Source: an uncultured Actinomycetes bacterium
GTDB taxonomy: Bacteria; Actinomycetota; Actinomycetes; S36-B12; CAIYMF01
Length of the DNA: 32,000 bases
Direction of reading: 5' to 3'
Assembly: GCA_963843975.1 (NCBI GenBank)
Contig: CAWJMG010000001.1
Coordinates: forward strand, 150,001-182,000
Below are positions 16,380 to 25,153 of this stretch, one piece after another. The notes under the pieces are model-generated. The model saw nothing but the letters and a program-made list of their open reading frames with translations, did not search any database and was not told the origin of the DNA. Every line of letters begins with the position of its first letter. The first letter of the stretch is position 1. The position numbers and the translations under genes were made by a program.

Positions 16380-17290
16380 GCGCCGACGTCACGGGTACGC
16401 CGCTCTCGGCGCGCGGGGTCGTCCGCGCCCGGCGCCGTGCTGCCACCCGCCGCTTCACCTCCGCCTTCGGGCGCAGCGTGTCGGGCCGCATCGGCCTCGG
16501 CATCCTCATCCTGTTCGGGCTGGTCGCGATCTTCGCCCCGGTGCTGTTCCCGGCGTCGATGCTCGACATCACCCAGGCCACGGGCGGGTCCTTCGAGCCG
16601 CCGTCGCTGGAGTTCCCGCTCGGCACCGACGACTCCGGCCGCAGCGTCCTCGCGCTGGTCGCGTGGGGCGCGCGCATCTCGCTGCTCGTCGGCCTCGCAG
16701 CCACCGTGCTGTCGATGGTGATCGGCACCTCGGTCGGCATCGCCGCCGGTCACTTCCGCGGCCCGATCGGCGGCACGCTCGACCGCGTCACCGACTGGTT
16801 CCTGGTGATCCCCTACCTGCCGCTCGCGATCGTCCTGGCGACGGTGCTCGGGCGCTCGCTGCTCAACATCATCATCGTCATCGGCATCACGTCGTGGCCG
16901 GGCACCGCACGCCTCATCCGCGCGCAGACGCTCGCCATCTCGAGCCGGCCGTACCTCGAGCGGTCGCGCGCGCTCGGCGGCGGCAACGTGCACCAGATGA
17001 CCAAGCACGTGCTGCCCAACGTCATGCCCCTCGTGCTCGCCAACACCACGCTGGCCGTCTCGATCTCGATCCTGTCCGAGACCACGCTGTCGTTCCTCGG
17101 CCTCGGCGACCCGTCGGCGATCTCCTGGGGCACGATCCTCGAAGAGGGCTTCGCAGCCGGTGCGATCTCGCAGGGCGCCTGGTGGGACCTCGCGGCCCCC
17201 GGTCTCTGCGTCGTGCTCGTGGTGCTGGCCTTCAACCTCGTCGGGCGCGCCGTCGAGGACATCCTCGACCCGCGCGGGGACGGTGCCTGA
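16376..17290 (+). CDS. ABC transporter permease (DppC/OppC-like)
   Basis: ATG 16376 overlaps the upstream stop (ATGA). Contains LGTDDSGRSV and SRALGG motifs and multiple TM helices. Confidence 0.85.
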   Translation: MSADVTGTPLSARGVVRARRRAATRRFTSAFGRSVSGRIGLGILILFGLVAIFAPVLFPASMLDITQATGGSFEPPSLEFPLGTDDSGRSVLALVAWGARISLLVGLAATVLSMVIGTSVGIAAGHFRGPIGGTLDRVTDWFLVIPYLPLAIVLATVLGRSLLNIIIVIGITSWPGTARLIRAQTLAISSRPYLERSRALGGGNVHQMTKHVLPNVMPLVLANTTLAVSISILSETTLSFLGLGDPSAISWGTILEEGFAAGAISQGAWWDLAAPGLCVVLVVLAFNLVGRAVEDILDPRGDGA

Positions 17291-18267
17291 TGGCCCTCCT
17301 CGAGATGCGCGACGTCAGCGTCACCTACCGCTCCGGCGGTCAGGACGTCCCCGCCGTACGCGGCGTCACACTCTCGGTCGACGCCGGCCAGACCCTCGGC
17401 ATCGCGGGCGAGTCCGGCTGCGGCAAGTCCACGCTCACGAGCACGGTGCTGCGCATGCAGCCCAAGAGCGCCAAGGTGACCGGCGAGGTGCTCGTCGACG
17501 GCAAGGACGTCACCACCATGAAGTGGGGCAAGGTCCGCGCGCTGCGCTGGGCCCAGGCCTCGATGGTGTTCCAGGGCGCGATGCACGCGCTCAACCCGGT
17601 GCAGAAGGTCGGCGCGCAGATCGCCGAGCCGATCCTGCTGCACGACAAGAAGGCCACGAAGTCCTCGGCCGACAAGCGGGTCGGCGAGCTGCTCGAGATG
17701 GTCGGCCTCCCCGCACGTCGCGCCGACGCCTACCCGCACCAGCTCTCGGGCGGGCAGAAGCAGCGCGTGATGATCGCGATGGCGCTGGCCTGCGGCCCTC
17801 AGCTCGTGATCGCCGACGAGCCGACGACGGCGCTCGACGTCATGGTGCAGGCGCAGGTGCTCGACCTCATGGCGTCGCTGGTGAAGGACCTCGGCCTCGC
17901 GATGGTGCTCATCAGCCACGACCTGTCGGTGCTGTCGACCTCCTGCGACCGCGTCGCGGTGATGTACGCCGGCCAGATCGTCGAGGAGGGTCCGGCCACG
18001 CAGGTCTTCGACTCCCCCGCGCACCCGTACTCCGGCGCGCTGGCGGGCGCGTTCCCGCGCATCGGCGACGAGCGGTTCCGCTACGCACCCGCCGGCCTGC
18101 CCGGCGACCCGCCCTTCCCGGGCGAGGTTCCCGACGGCTGCGCGTTCCACCCGCGCTGCCCGCGCGCGTTCGACCGCTGCACGAGCGAGACGCCCGTGCT
18201 GCTCCAGCTCACGCAGCCCGGCGCGGACCGCCGGGCTGCGTGCCACCTCGCGGAGGTGCAGGCATGA
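17290..18267 (+). CDS. ABC transporter ATP-binding protein (DppD/OppD-like)
   Basis: ATG 17290 overlaps the stop (TGATG). Contains GESGCGKST, LSGGQKQR and VIADEPTTALD. The C-terminal oligopeptide-transporter extension carries four Cys. Confidence 0.9.
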   Translation: MALLEMRDVSVTYRSGGQDVPAVRGVTLSVDAGQTLGIAGESGCGKSTLTSTVLRMQPKSAKVTGEVLVDGKDVTTMKWGKVRALRWAQASMVFQGAMHALNPVQKVGAQIAEPILLHDKKATKSSADKRVGELLEMVGLPARRADAYPHQLSGGQKQRVMIAMALACGPQLVIADEPTTALDVMVQAQVLDLMASLVKDLGLAMVLISHDLSVLSTSCDRVAVMYAGQIVEEGPATQVFDSPAHPYSGALAGAFPRIGDERFRYAPAGLPGDPPFPGEVPDGCAFHPRCPRAFDRCTSETPVLLQLTQPGADRRAACHLAEVQA

Positions 18268-19274
18268 GCACCGACGCCGCCGCCTCCAGCACACCGCCGC
18301 CCGCGCTCGAGACGCGCGGCATCGAGGTCTCCTTCCGCGGTCGCGGCACGAGCTCGACCGCCCGCGCGGTCGACGGCGTCGACCTCGCCCTCGGCCGAGG
18401 CGAGATCGTCGCGCTCGTCGGCGAGAGCGGCTGCGGCAAGACGACTCTCGCGCGCACGATCCTCGGCCTGCAGAAGTCCACAGCGGGCGAGGTACTCGTC
18501 GACGGCGAGCGGCTCACGACGTCGTCCAAGGCGCTCAAGGCCTACCGCCGCCGCGTGCAGCTCGTGCTGCAGGACCCGACGGGCGCCCTCAACCCGCGGC
18601 ACACGGTCTACGAGGCGGTGGCCGAGGGGCTGCGCATCCACGGGCTCGTCGACGCCGAGGAGAAGCGCGTCGCCCAGGCGCTGTCGCTCGCCGGCCTGCG
18701 GCCGGCCGAGCGGTTCTTCCTCCGCTACCCGCACGAGCTCTCCGGCGGCCAGCGCCAGCGCGTCGTCATCGCCGGCGCTCTCGCACTCGAGCCCGACATC
18801 ATCGTGGCCGACGAGCCGGTGTCGAGCCTCGACGCCTCGGTGCGCGGCGAGATCCTCGCGCTGCTCCTGCGCCTGCGCGAGGAGCTGGGCCTCTCCCTGC
18901 TCGTCGTCACGCACGACCTCGGACTGGCGTGGAACATCGCCGACCGCGTCGCGGTGATGTACCTCGGCCGCATCGTGGAGCAGGGCCCCACCGAGGAGCT
19001 GCTGCGCGACCCCAAGCACCCCTACACCCGCGCCCTGCTGTCGGTCGTGCCCGAGACCGAGCGGCTCGAGCCCGTGGTGCTCACGGGCGAGCCGCCGGAC
19101 CCGACGCGCATCCCCGCCGGCTGCCGCTTCCACCCGCGCTGCCCGGTGGTGGCGAGCGGGGAGGCGGCGAGGCTCGGCATCGAGGCGGCCTGCCGCGGCA
19201 CGGCCCTGCCGGTGCTGCCGGCGGCCGGCGCGCACGCGGCCGCCTGCCACCTGCCCGGCAGCACCACGACCTAG
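18264..19274 (+). CDS. ABC transporter ATP-binding protein (DppF/OppF-like)
   Basis: ATG 18264 overlaps the stop (ATGA). Contains GESGCGKTT, LSGGQRQR and IVADEPVSSLD. The C-terminal extension carries four Cys. Confidence 0.9.
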   Translation: MSTDAAASSTPPPALETRGIEVSFRGRGTSSTARAVDGVDLALGRGEIVALVGESGCGKTTLARTILGLQKSTAGEVLVDGERLTTSSKALKAYRRRVQLVLQDPTGALNPRHTVYEAVAEGLRIHGLVDAEEKRVAQALSLAGLRPAERFFLRYPHELSGGQRQRVVIAGALALEPDIIVADEPVSSLDASVRGEILALLLRLREELGLSLLVVTHDLGLAWNIADRVAVMYLGRIVEQGPTEELLRDPKHPYTRALLSVVPETERLEPVVLTGEPPDPTRIPAGCRFHPRCPVVASGEAARLGIEAACRGTALPVLPAAGAHAAACHLPGSTTT

Positions 19275-19283
19275 CCGACACCT

Positions 19284-19316
19284 GCCTGGAACCGCTGTCG
19301 CAGAGCGGTTCCAGGC
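19284..19316 (+). terminator. Stem-loop terminator after the peptide ABC operon
   Basis: A 13-bp perfect stem (GCCTGGAACCGCT/AGCGGTTCCAGGC) with a 7-nt loop begins 10 nt after the TAG at 19272-19274. There is no U-tract, which is common in high-GC actinobacteria. Confidence 0.6.
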
Positions 19317-19324
19317 CGCATACT

Positions 19325-19344
19325 TACTGACTCATGAGTCAGTA
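19325..19344. promoter_or_regulatory. Perfect 20-bp palindrome TACTGACTCATGAGTCAGTA (candidate operator)
   Basis: All 10 base pairs of the dyad were checked by hand. It is AT-rich relative to the window. It ends 5 nt before the GGGAGG Shine-Dalgarno and 15 nt before GTG 19360. Confidence 0.6.
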
Positions 19345-19359
19345 CGGACGGGAGGCCGC

Positions 19360-21000
19360 GTGAGCGCGCAGCAGTACGACGTCGTCGTGGTCGGCGGTGG
19401 CCACAACGGCCTCGTCGCCGCGGCCTATCTCGCGCGCGAAGGCCTGCGCACGCTCGTCCTCGAGCGGCGCCACATCGTCGGCGGAGCCGCCGTCACCGAG
19501 ACGCCGTTCGGCCCGGACTTCAAGCTCACCACGCTGTCGTACGTCGTGTCGTGGCTGCCGCCCACGCTCGTGCGCGACCTCGACCTCGAGCGCCACGGCT
19601 ACCACGTCTACCCGCAGGGGCCGTACTTCGCGCCGCGCGCCGACGGCCGCTCGCTGCAGCTGCCCGACGACCGCATGGCGCGACGCGCGGAGATCTCGAA
19701 GTTCTCCGTGAAGGACGCCGACGCGATCGAGAAGTGGGACGCGTGGATGGACCGGCTGGGCAAGGTGCTCGGCCCGTTGGTCACCGAGATCCCGCCGAAG
19801 CTCGGCTCGCGCAAGCCTGCCGACCTCGGCCGGCAGGCCCTGCTGCTGCGCCGGCTCAAGGATGTCGACCAGCGTGCCGCCGTCGACCTCGTGCGCCTGC
19901 TCACCGACAGCGCCGCCGACCTCATCGAGGACCACTTCGAGTCCGACGCGATGCGCGGCGTGCTCTCGGTGTCCGCGGCCATCGGCTCGTGGGCGGGCCC
20001 GCGCACCCCGGGCACGGCGTACGTCATCGCGCACCACCACATCGGCGACCTCGGCGACGGCCGCATCGGCGCATGGGGCTTCCCACGCGGCGGGATGGGC
20101 GGTGTGACGCAGGCGCTCGCCACGGCCGCGCGGTCGTTCGGCGCCGAGATCCGCACCGAGGCCGCCGTCGCGGAGATCACCACCAAGTCGGGCGCCGTCA
20201 CCGGCGTCGTGCTCGCCGACGGCACCGAGGTCAACGCGCCCACCGTCATCACCACCACGCACCCGCAGGTGTCGTTCCTGAAGCTGGTCGACCGCGCGGT
20301 GCTGCCCGAGGACTTCGTCGCCGACATCGAGCGCTACCGCTCGCGCAGCGGCACGGTGAAGGTCAACGTCGCGCTCGACCGGCTGCCGGAGTTCACGAGC
20401 CGACCCGGCTTCGACCCGCAGGTGCACGGCGGCACGATCGTGCTGGCGGAGAGCCTCGACGAGGTCGAGCGGTCGTTCCAGGAGGCCGCAGCCGGCCAGC
20501 CGAGCACGCTGCCGTTCGCCGACATCTGCATCCCGAGCGTGTTCGACCCGACCCTCGCGCCCGAGGGCAAGCACGTGATGAGCATGTTCACGCAGTGGGT
20601 GCCGCACACCTGGAACGACGAGCCGCACCGCGAGGAGCTCGACGCGTACGCCGACCGCCTCTTCGCGCGCATGGAGGCGGTGGCACCCGGCTTCACGTCG
20701 TCGGTGCTGCACCGTCAGGTGCTCGGGCCGTGGGACATCGAGAAGGAGTACGGACTCGTGGGCGGCAACATCTTCCACGGCGAGCTCACGATGGGTCAGA
20801 TGTTCCACGCGCGTCCCGCCGCCGGGTACGCCGACCTGCGCACGCCCATCTCCGGTCTGTACCAGGCAGGTTCGGGCACGCACGGCGGTGGCGGCGTGAC
20901 CGGCGTCCCCGGTCGCAACGTCGTCCACCAGCTGCTGGCCGACCGCAAGAAGGCGACCTGGAAGGACCGCGCGCGGCTCGGGAAGAAGTCCGGCGCGTGA
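19360..21000 (+). CDS. NAD(P)/FAD-dependent oxidoreductase, phytoene-desaturase (CrtI)-like family
   Basis: GTG 19360. The dinucleotide-binding motif is DVVVVGGGHNGLVAAAYLAREG. The 546-aa protein has a CrtI-family-like C-terminus (GTHGGGGVTGVPG). Confidence 0.8.
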   Translation: MSAQQYDVVVVGGGHNGLVAAAYLAREGLRTLVLERRHIVGGAAVTETPFGPDFKLTTLSYVVSWLPPTLVRDLDLERHGYHVYPQGPYFAPRADGRSLQLPDDRMARRAEISKFSVKDADAIEKWDAWMDRLGKVLGPLVTEIPPKLGSRKPADLGRQALLLRRLKDVDQRAAVDLVRLLTDSAADLIEDHFESDAMRGVLSVSAAIGSWAGPRTPGTAYVIAHHHIGDLGDGRIGAWGFPRGGMGGVTQALATAARSFGAEIRTEAAVAEITTKSGAVTGVVLADGTEVNAPTVITTTHPQVSFLKLVDRAVLPEDFVADIERYRSRSGTVKVNVALDRLPEFTSRPGFDPQVHGGTIVLAESLDEVERSFQEAAAGQPSTLPFADICIPSVFDPTLAPEGKHVMSMFTQWVPHTWNDEPHREELDAYADRLFARMEAVAPGFTSSVLHRQVLGPWDIEKEYGLVGGNIFHGELTMGQMFHARPAAGYADLRTPISGLYQAGSGTHGGGGVTGVPGRNVVHQLLADRKKATWKDRARLGKKSGA

Positions 21001-22143
21001 GCGGGCTGCAGGAGGCGCTCCCCCGAGAGCACTACGTCGACGCCGCGCTGCACGAGCGCGAGCGCAGCGTCGTCCTTCTCGCGGAGTGGACCTGCGTCGG
21101 CCGGCTCGACGACCTCGGCCTCACCGAGCCCGGCACACGCGACCTCCTGCCCGAGCGGCTCGCCGTCGTCGACCTGCACGGCGAGTCCGTCCTCGTCACG
21201 ACCGACGCCGACGGCGGACTGCACGCGCACTACAACGTGTGCCGCCACCGCGGGTCGCAGGTGGTCCCGGTCGAGCCGGGCGCGTCCGTCGCCCCGTGCG
21301 CGGCGAAGTCGCTGCGCTGCCCGTACCACTCGTGGACCTACGGCCTCGACGGCTCGCTGCTGCACGCGCCGCACACCGACGGCGTCGAGCTCGACCGGTC
21401 GGCGTTCGCACTTCACACGGTGGGCGCCGACGCCTGGGGCGGCTGGCTCTGGCTGCACGGCTCCCCCGGCGACACGACGCCGCTGCTCGAGTCGCTGGCA
21501 CCCGTGCCCGAGCGGGTCACCCGCTACCCGCTCGACACCCTCGTGGTCGGACGCCGCCTGCGCTACGAGGTCGCGGCCAACTGGAAGGTCGTCGCGGAGA
21601 ACTACAACGAGTGCTACCACTGCGGCCCGGTGCACCCCGAGCTCGTGCGGCTTGTCCCGGCGTTCGGCGGCGGCGGGCAGCACCTCGAGTGGGAGGACGG
21701 CGTGCCCCACCGCGAGGGTGCGTGGACGTTCACCATGAGCGGCACCACCGATCGCGCCCCGTTCCCCGACCTCGACGAGAACGAGCGTGTGCGGCACAAG
21801 GGCGAGCTGCGTCTACCCCAACCTCCTGCTGTCGCTCTCGGCCGAGCACGCCGCGGCGTTCGTGCTGCGCCCGCTCGCGGTCGACTGCACCGAGGTCGTG
21901 TGCGATCTCCTCTTCGCGCCGGACGAGGCGGCGAAGGACACGTTCGACCCGTCGGACGCCGAGGAGCTGTGGGACCTCACGAACAAGCAGGACTGGGCGA
22001 TCTGCGAGTCGGTGCAGCGCGGCATGTCGTCGCGGGCGTACCGGCAGGGCTGGTACGCGCCGATGGAGGACGCGTCCCTCGACATCCGTCGCTGGCTCCT
22101 GCCGCGGCTCGAGCGCGACGAGCGGGGAGGCACCGATGCCTGA
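20997..22143 (+). CDS. Rieske [2Fe-2S] non-heme-iron oxygenase alpha subunit (GbcA/choline-monooxygenase-like), with an apparent +1 frameshift near 21810
   Basis: GTG 20997 overlaps the upstream stop (GTGA). The Rieske motif is CRHRG...CPYHSWTY. The iron site is NWKVVAENYNECYHCGPVHPE. The C-terminal half (VYPNLLLSLS...WDLTNKQDW...) continues in frame 1 from about 21811 and aligns with the paralog at 23954. 1147 nt equals 382 codons plus 1 nt. Confidence 0.8.
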
Positions 22144-23296
22144 GACCTACGACCTGGTGGTGGTCGGCCTCGGGGCGCTCGGCTCCTCGACGGCGTGGCA
22201 CGCTGCACGACGCGGTCTGTCGGTGCTGGGCATCGAGCAGTTCGAGCTCGGTCACGACCGCGGGGCCTCGCACGACACGAGCCGCATCCTGCGCCACAGC
22301 TACCACACGCCCGAGTACGTCGACCTGACCTTCGACGCGTACGAGGACTGGGCCGACCTCGAGGACGCCACCGGCGAGACCTTCGTGACCGTCACCGGCG
22401 GCCTCGACCTGTTCCCCACGGGCGCGGCGATCCCGATGGACGACTACACGTACTCGATGGATGCGCGGCACGTGCCGTACGAGCTCCTGGAGCGCGACGA
22501 GATCCTCGCCCGCTGGCCGCAGCTCGCACTGCCCGAGGGCACGAGCGCGCTCTACCAGCAGCGCACCGCGATTGTGCCGGCAGCGCGCGGCACCGCGGCG
22601 ATGCAGCGGCGAGCAGTCGCGCACGGCGCCGTGCTGCGCGACCGCACGCCGGTGGTCGCGATCGAGCCCCTCGGCGACTCCGTCGAGGTCGTGCTCGCGA
22701 CCGGGCGCGTCTCGGCTGCGCGCGTCGTCGTGACGGCCGACGCATGGACCTCGCGGCTGATCGAGCCGCTCGGTGCCCGGCTTCCGCTCACCGTCACCGA
22801 GGAGCAGGTCACCTACTTCGCACCGGGCGATCCCGAGCAGTTCCGCCCCGACCGCTTCCCCGTGTGGATCTGGATGGACGAGCCGTCGTACTACGGCTTC
22901 CCCACGTACGGCGAGGACACGGTCAAGGCCGCGCAGGACTGCGGCGGCCCGACCGTCACCGGTGACGATCGCTCCCGCGAGACCGACCCGGCGATGCTCG
23001 AGCGGCTGGCGTCGTTCATGGCCTCGACGTTCCCGGCGTCGGGCCCGGCCGTGCGGTCCAAGCGCTGCCTCTACACGCTCACGCCCGACCGCGACTTCGT
23101 CGTCTCGGCCGTTCCCGGTGTGCCGCAGGTCGTGGTCGGCCTCGGTGCCGCGCACGGCTACAAGTTCGCCGCGACCTTCGGCCGCTTGCTCACCGACGTC
23201 GCAGTCGACGGCTCGACAGCTGCGGACATCTCGGCGTTCGGCCTCGACCGACCGGCGCTCACCGACCCGGCGTACGAGCCGCACTGGATGGTGTGA
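22136..23296 (+). CDS. Monomeric sarcosine oxidase / N-methyl-L-amino-acid oxidase-like flavoprotein (MSOX/MTOX family)
   Basis: ATG 22136 follows GGGGAGG and overlaps the Rieske stop by 8 nt. The FAD-binding motif is DLVVVGLGALGSSTAW. CLYTLTPDRDF matches the covalent-FAD Cys region of MSOX/MTOX. Confidence 0.8.
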   Translation: MPETYDLVVVGLGALGSSTAWHAARRGLSVLGIEQFELGHDRGASHDTSRILRHSYHTPEYVDLTFDAYEDWADLEDATGETFVTVTGGLDLFPTGAAIPMDDYTYSMDARHVPYELLERDEILARWPQLALPEGTSALYQQRTAIVPAARGTAAMQRRAVAHGAVLRDRTPVVAIEPLGDSVEVVLATGRVSAARVVVTADAWTSRLIEPLGARLPLTVTEEQVTYFAPGDPEQFRPDRFPVWIWMDEPSYYGFPTYGEDTVKAAQDCGGPTVTGDDRSRETDPAMLERLASFMASTFPASGPAVRSKRCLYTLTPDRDFVVSAVPGVPQVVVGLGAAHGYKFAATFGRLLTDVAVDGSTAADISAFGLDRPALTDPAYEPHWMV

Positions 23297-23312
23297 CGTG
23301 ATGGGACGGTCG

Positions 23313-23912
23313 TCAGGCGAGCAGCGCGGGGTCGCACCCGAGCTCGCGCGCGGCCGCCTCGCGCACCCACACCGCGAGCTGGGACTTCGTGAGGCTGCGG
23401 TGCACCATCACCTGCACGGCGAGGCCGTCGAGCAGCGCCGACAGGCGCCACGCCGCGGCATCGGGGTCCGCGCAGTCGAAGACGCCCTGCTGCACGCCCG
23501 CGGTGATCTGCTCGGCGAGCACGTCCTTCCAGCGCACGTCGAGGCGCCGCGAGGTCGCGCGCATCTCCGGCTCGCGCAGCGACTCCGACCACGCGTCCAC
23601 CCAGATCGTCCAGCCCTCGGCGTTCCCCTGCGGGGAGTAGAGGGCCAGGATCCGGCGTACGCCGTCGGCCGGGTCCTTGGCCTTGGCGACCGTGGCGTCG
23701 AGGCGTGCGAGGTCCTTGGCCACGGCGTGCTCGAGGGCGGCTGCGAACAGCTGCTCCTTCGTGCCGAAGTGGTAGAAGAGCAGCGCCGTGCTCACACCGA
23801 GGGCGGCTGCGATGTCGGCCGCGCGCGTGTGCGCGAATCCGCGCCTGGTCACCTCTGCCGCAGCGGCCTCGAGGATCTCCTCGCGCCGCACCTCGACCTT
23901 CCGTCTCGCCAC
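23313..23912 (-). CDS. TetR/AcrR family transcriptional regulator
   Basis: GTG 23912. The N-terminal HTH is TRAADIAAALGVSTALLFYHFGTKEQL. 199 aa. It is divergent from Rieske-2 (41-bp gap) and convergent with the MSOX-like gene. Confidence 0.9.
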   Translation of the reverse strand: MARRKVEVRREEILEAAAAEVTRRGFAHTRAADIAAALGVSTALLFYHFGTKEQLFAAALEHAVAKDLARLDATVAKAKDPADGVRRILALYSPQGNAEGWTIWVDAWSESLREPEMRATSRRLDVRWKDVLAEQITAGVQQGVFDCADPDAAAWRLSALLDGLAVQVMVHRSLTKSQLAVWVREAAARELGCDPALLA

Positions 23913-23953
23913 GACGACGACCCTAGCGACGCGACAACCCGGAGGTGGGACGC

Positions 23954-25141
23954 ATGGACGTCGACCTGACCGATCTTCACCCGCTGGCCCCCGTGGACGC
24001 CGACGCCCTGGCGCGCGCGCTCATGCCGTTCGGCACCTCGACCATGCTGCCCGCCGAGGCGTACATCTCGCCGGACGTGCTCGCGTGGGAGCGCCGCAAC
24101 CTCGTCGCCGGCAGCTGGGCCTGCGTCGGCCGCATCGAGGAGCTGCGCACCGACAGCGACGGCGGCCGCGCCACCCAGCGCGCGCTGCTCGTGGGCGACG
24201 TGCCCGTGCTGCTGACGTTCGAGGGCGACGACGTCCACGCGTTCGCCAACACCTGCCGGCACCGTGGGCACGTGCTGCTCGAGGACGACTGCACCTCGAC
24301 GTCGCGCTCGGTGCTCTGCGTCTACCACGCATGGACGTACAAGCTGGACGGGTCGCTGCAGGCCGCGCCCGGCTTCCGCGACAGCGCGACGTTCGTCGGC
24401 GCCGACCACGGGCTCGTGCCGCTGCCGTCGGAGGCCTGGCACGGCTGGCTGTTCGTCAACGCGACCGGCACCGCACCCGCGTGGGAGGACCACCTCGGCG
24501 TGCTCGACGAGCTCGTCGCGCCGTACCACCCCGAGTCGCTCGTGCTCGGAGCCCGGCACTCGTACGAGATCGAGGCCAACTGGAAGCTCGTGTCGGAGAA
24601 CTACCACGAGTGCTACCACTGCCCGCTGATCCACCCCGAGCTCTGCCAGGTGTCGATCCCGACGTCCGGGGACAACTTCGACCGGCCGGGCGCGTGGGTC
24701 GGCGGCACGATGCAGTTCAAGGGCGACGCCGTCACGATGAGCCTCGACGGCACGTCGAAGGGCGTACCCATCAAGGGCGCTCCGCAGGACTCCGTGCTCT
24801 ACGTGCAGCTGTTCCCCAACCTGCTGTTCTCCGGGCACCCCGACTACGTGATGACCCACCGCGTCCTGCCGCTCGGGCCGGACCGGTCGTGGATCGAGTG
24901 CAGCTGGTACTTCCCGAGCACCGACGTCGACCCGTCGTACGCCGTCGAGTTCTGGGACCTGACCAACAGCCAGGACTGGCGGGCCTGCGAGCTCGTGCAG
25001 CGCGGCCTGACCTCGCCGCACTTCAAGCCCGGGCCGTTCGCGCCGAACGAGGACGCGGTGCACCAGTGGGTGCAGATGATCGGCCGCGGCTACCTCGGCA
25101 TCGCCCCGAGCGACAAGCCCGGGGCCGTCCGCACCGCGTAG
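23954..25141 (+). CDS. Rieske [2Fe-2S] non-heme-iron oxygenase alpha subunit (GbcA/choline-monooxygenase-like), intact paralog
   Basis: ATG 23954 lies 8 nt after CGGAGG (the longest ORF starts at GTG 23945). The Rieske motif is CRHRG...CVYHAWTY. The iron site is NWKLVSENYHECYHCPLIHPE. Confidence 0.85.
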   Translation: MDVDLTDLHPLAPVDADALARALMPFGTSTMLPAEAYISPDVLAWERRNLVAGSWACVGRIEELRTDSDGGRATQRALLVGDVPVLLTFEGDDVHAFANTCRHRGHVLLEDDCTSTSRSVLCVYHAWTYKLDGSLQAAPGFRDSATFVGADHGLVPLPSEAWHGWLFVNATGTAPAWEDHLGVLDELVAPYHPESLVLGARHSYEIEANWKLVSENYHECYHCPLIHPELCQVSIPTSGDNFDRPGAWVGGTMQFKGDAVTMSLDGTSKGVPIKGAPQDSVLYVQLFPNLLFSGHPDYVMTHRVLPLGPDRSWIECSWYFPSTDVDPSYAVEFWDLTNSQDWRACELVQRGLTSPHFKPGPFAPNEDAVHQWVQMIGRGYLGIAPSDKPGAVRTA

Positions 25142-25153
25142 GCCGACGCCTGC

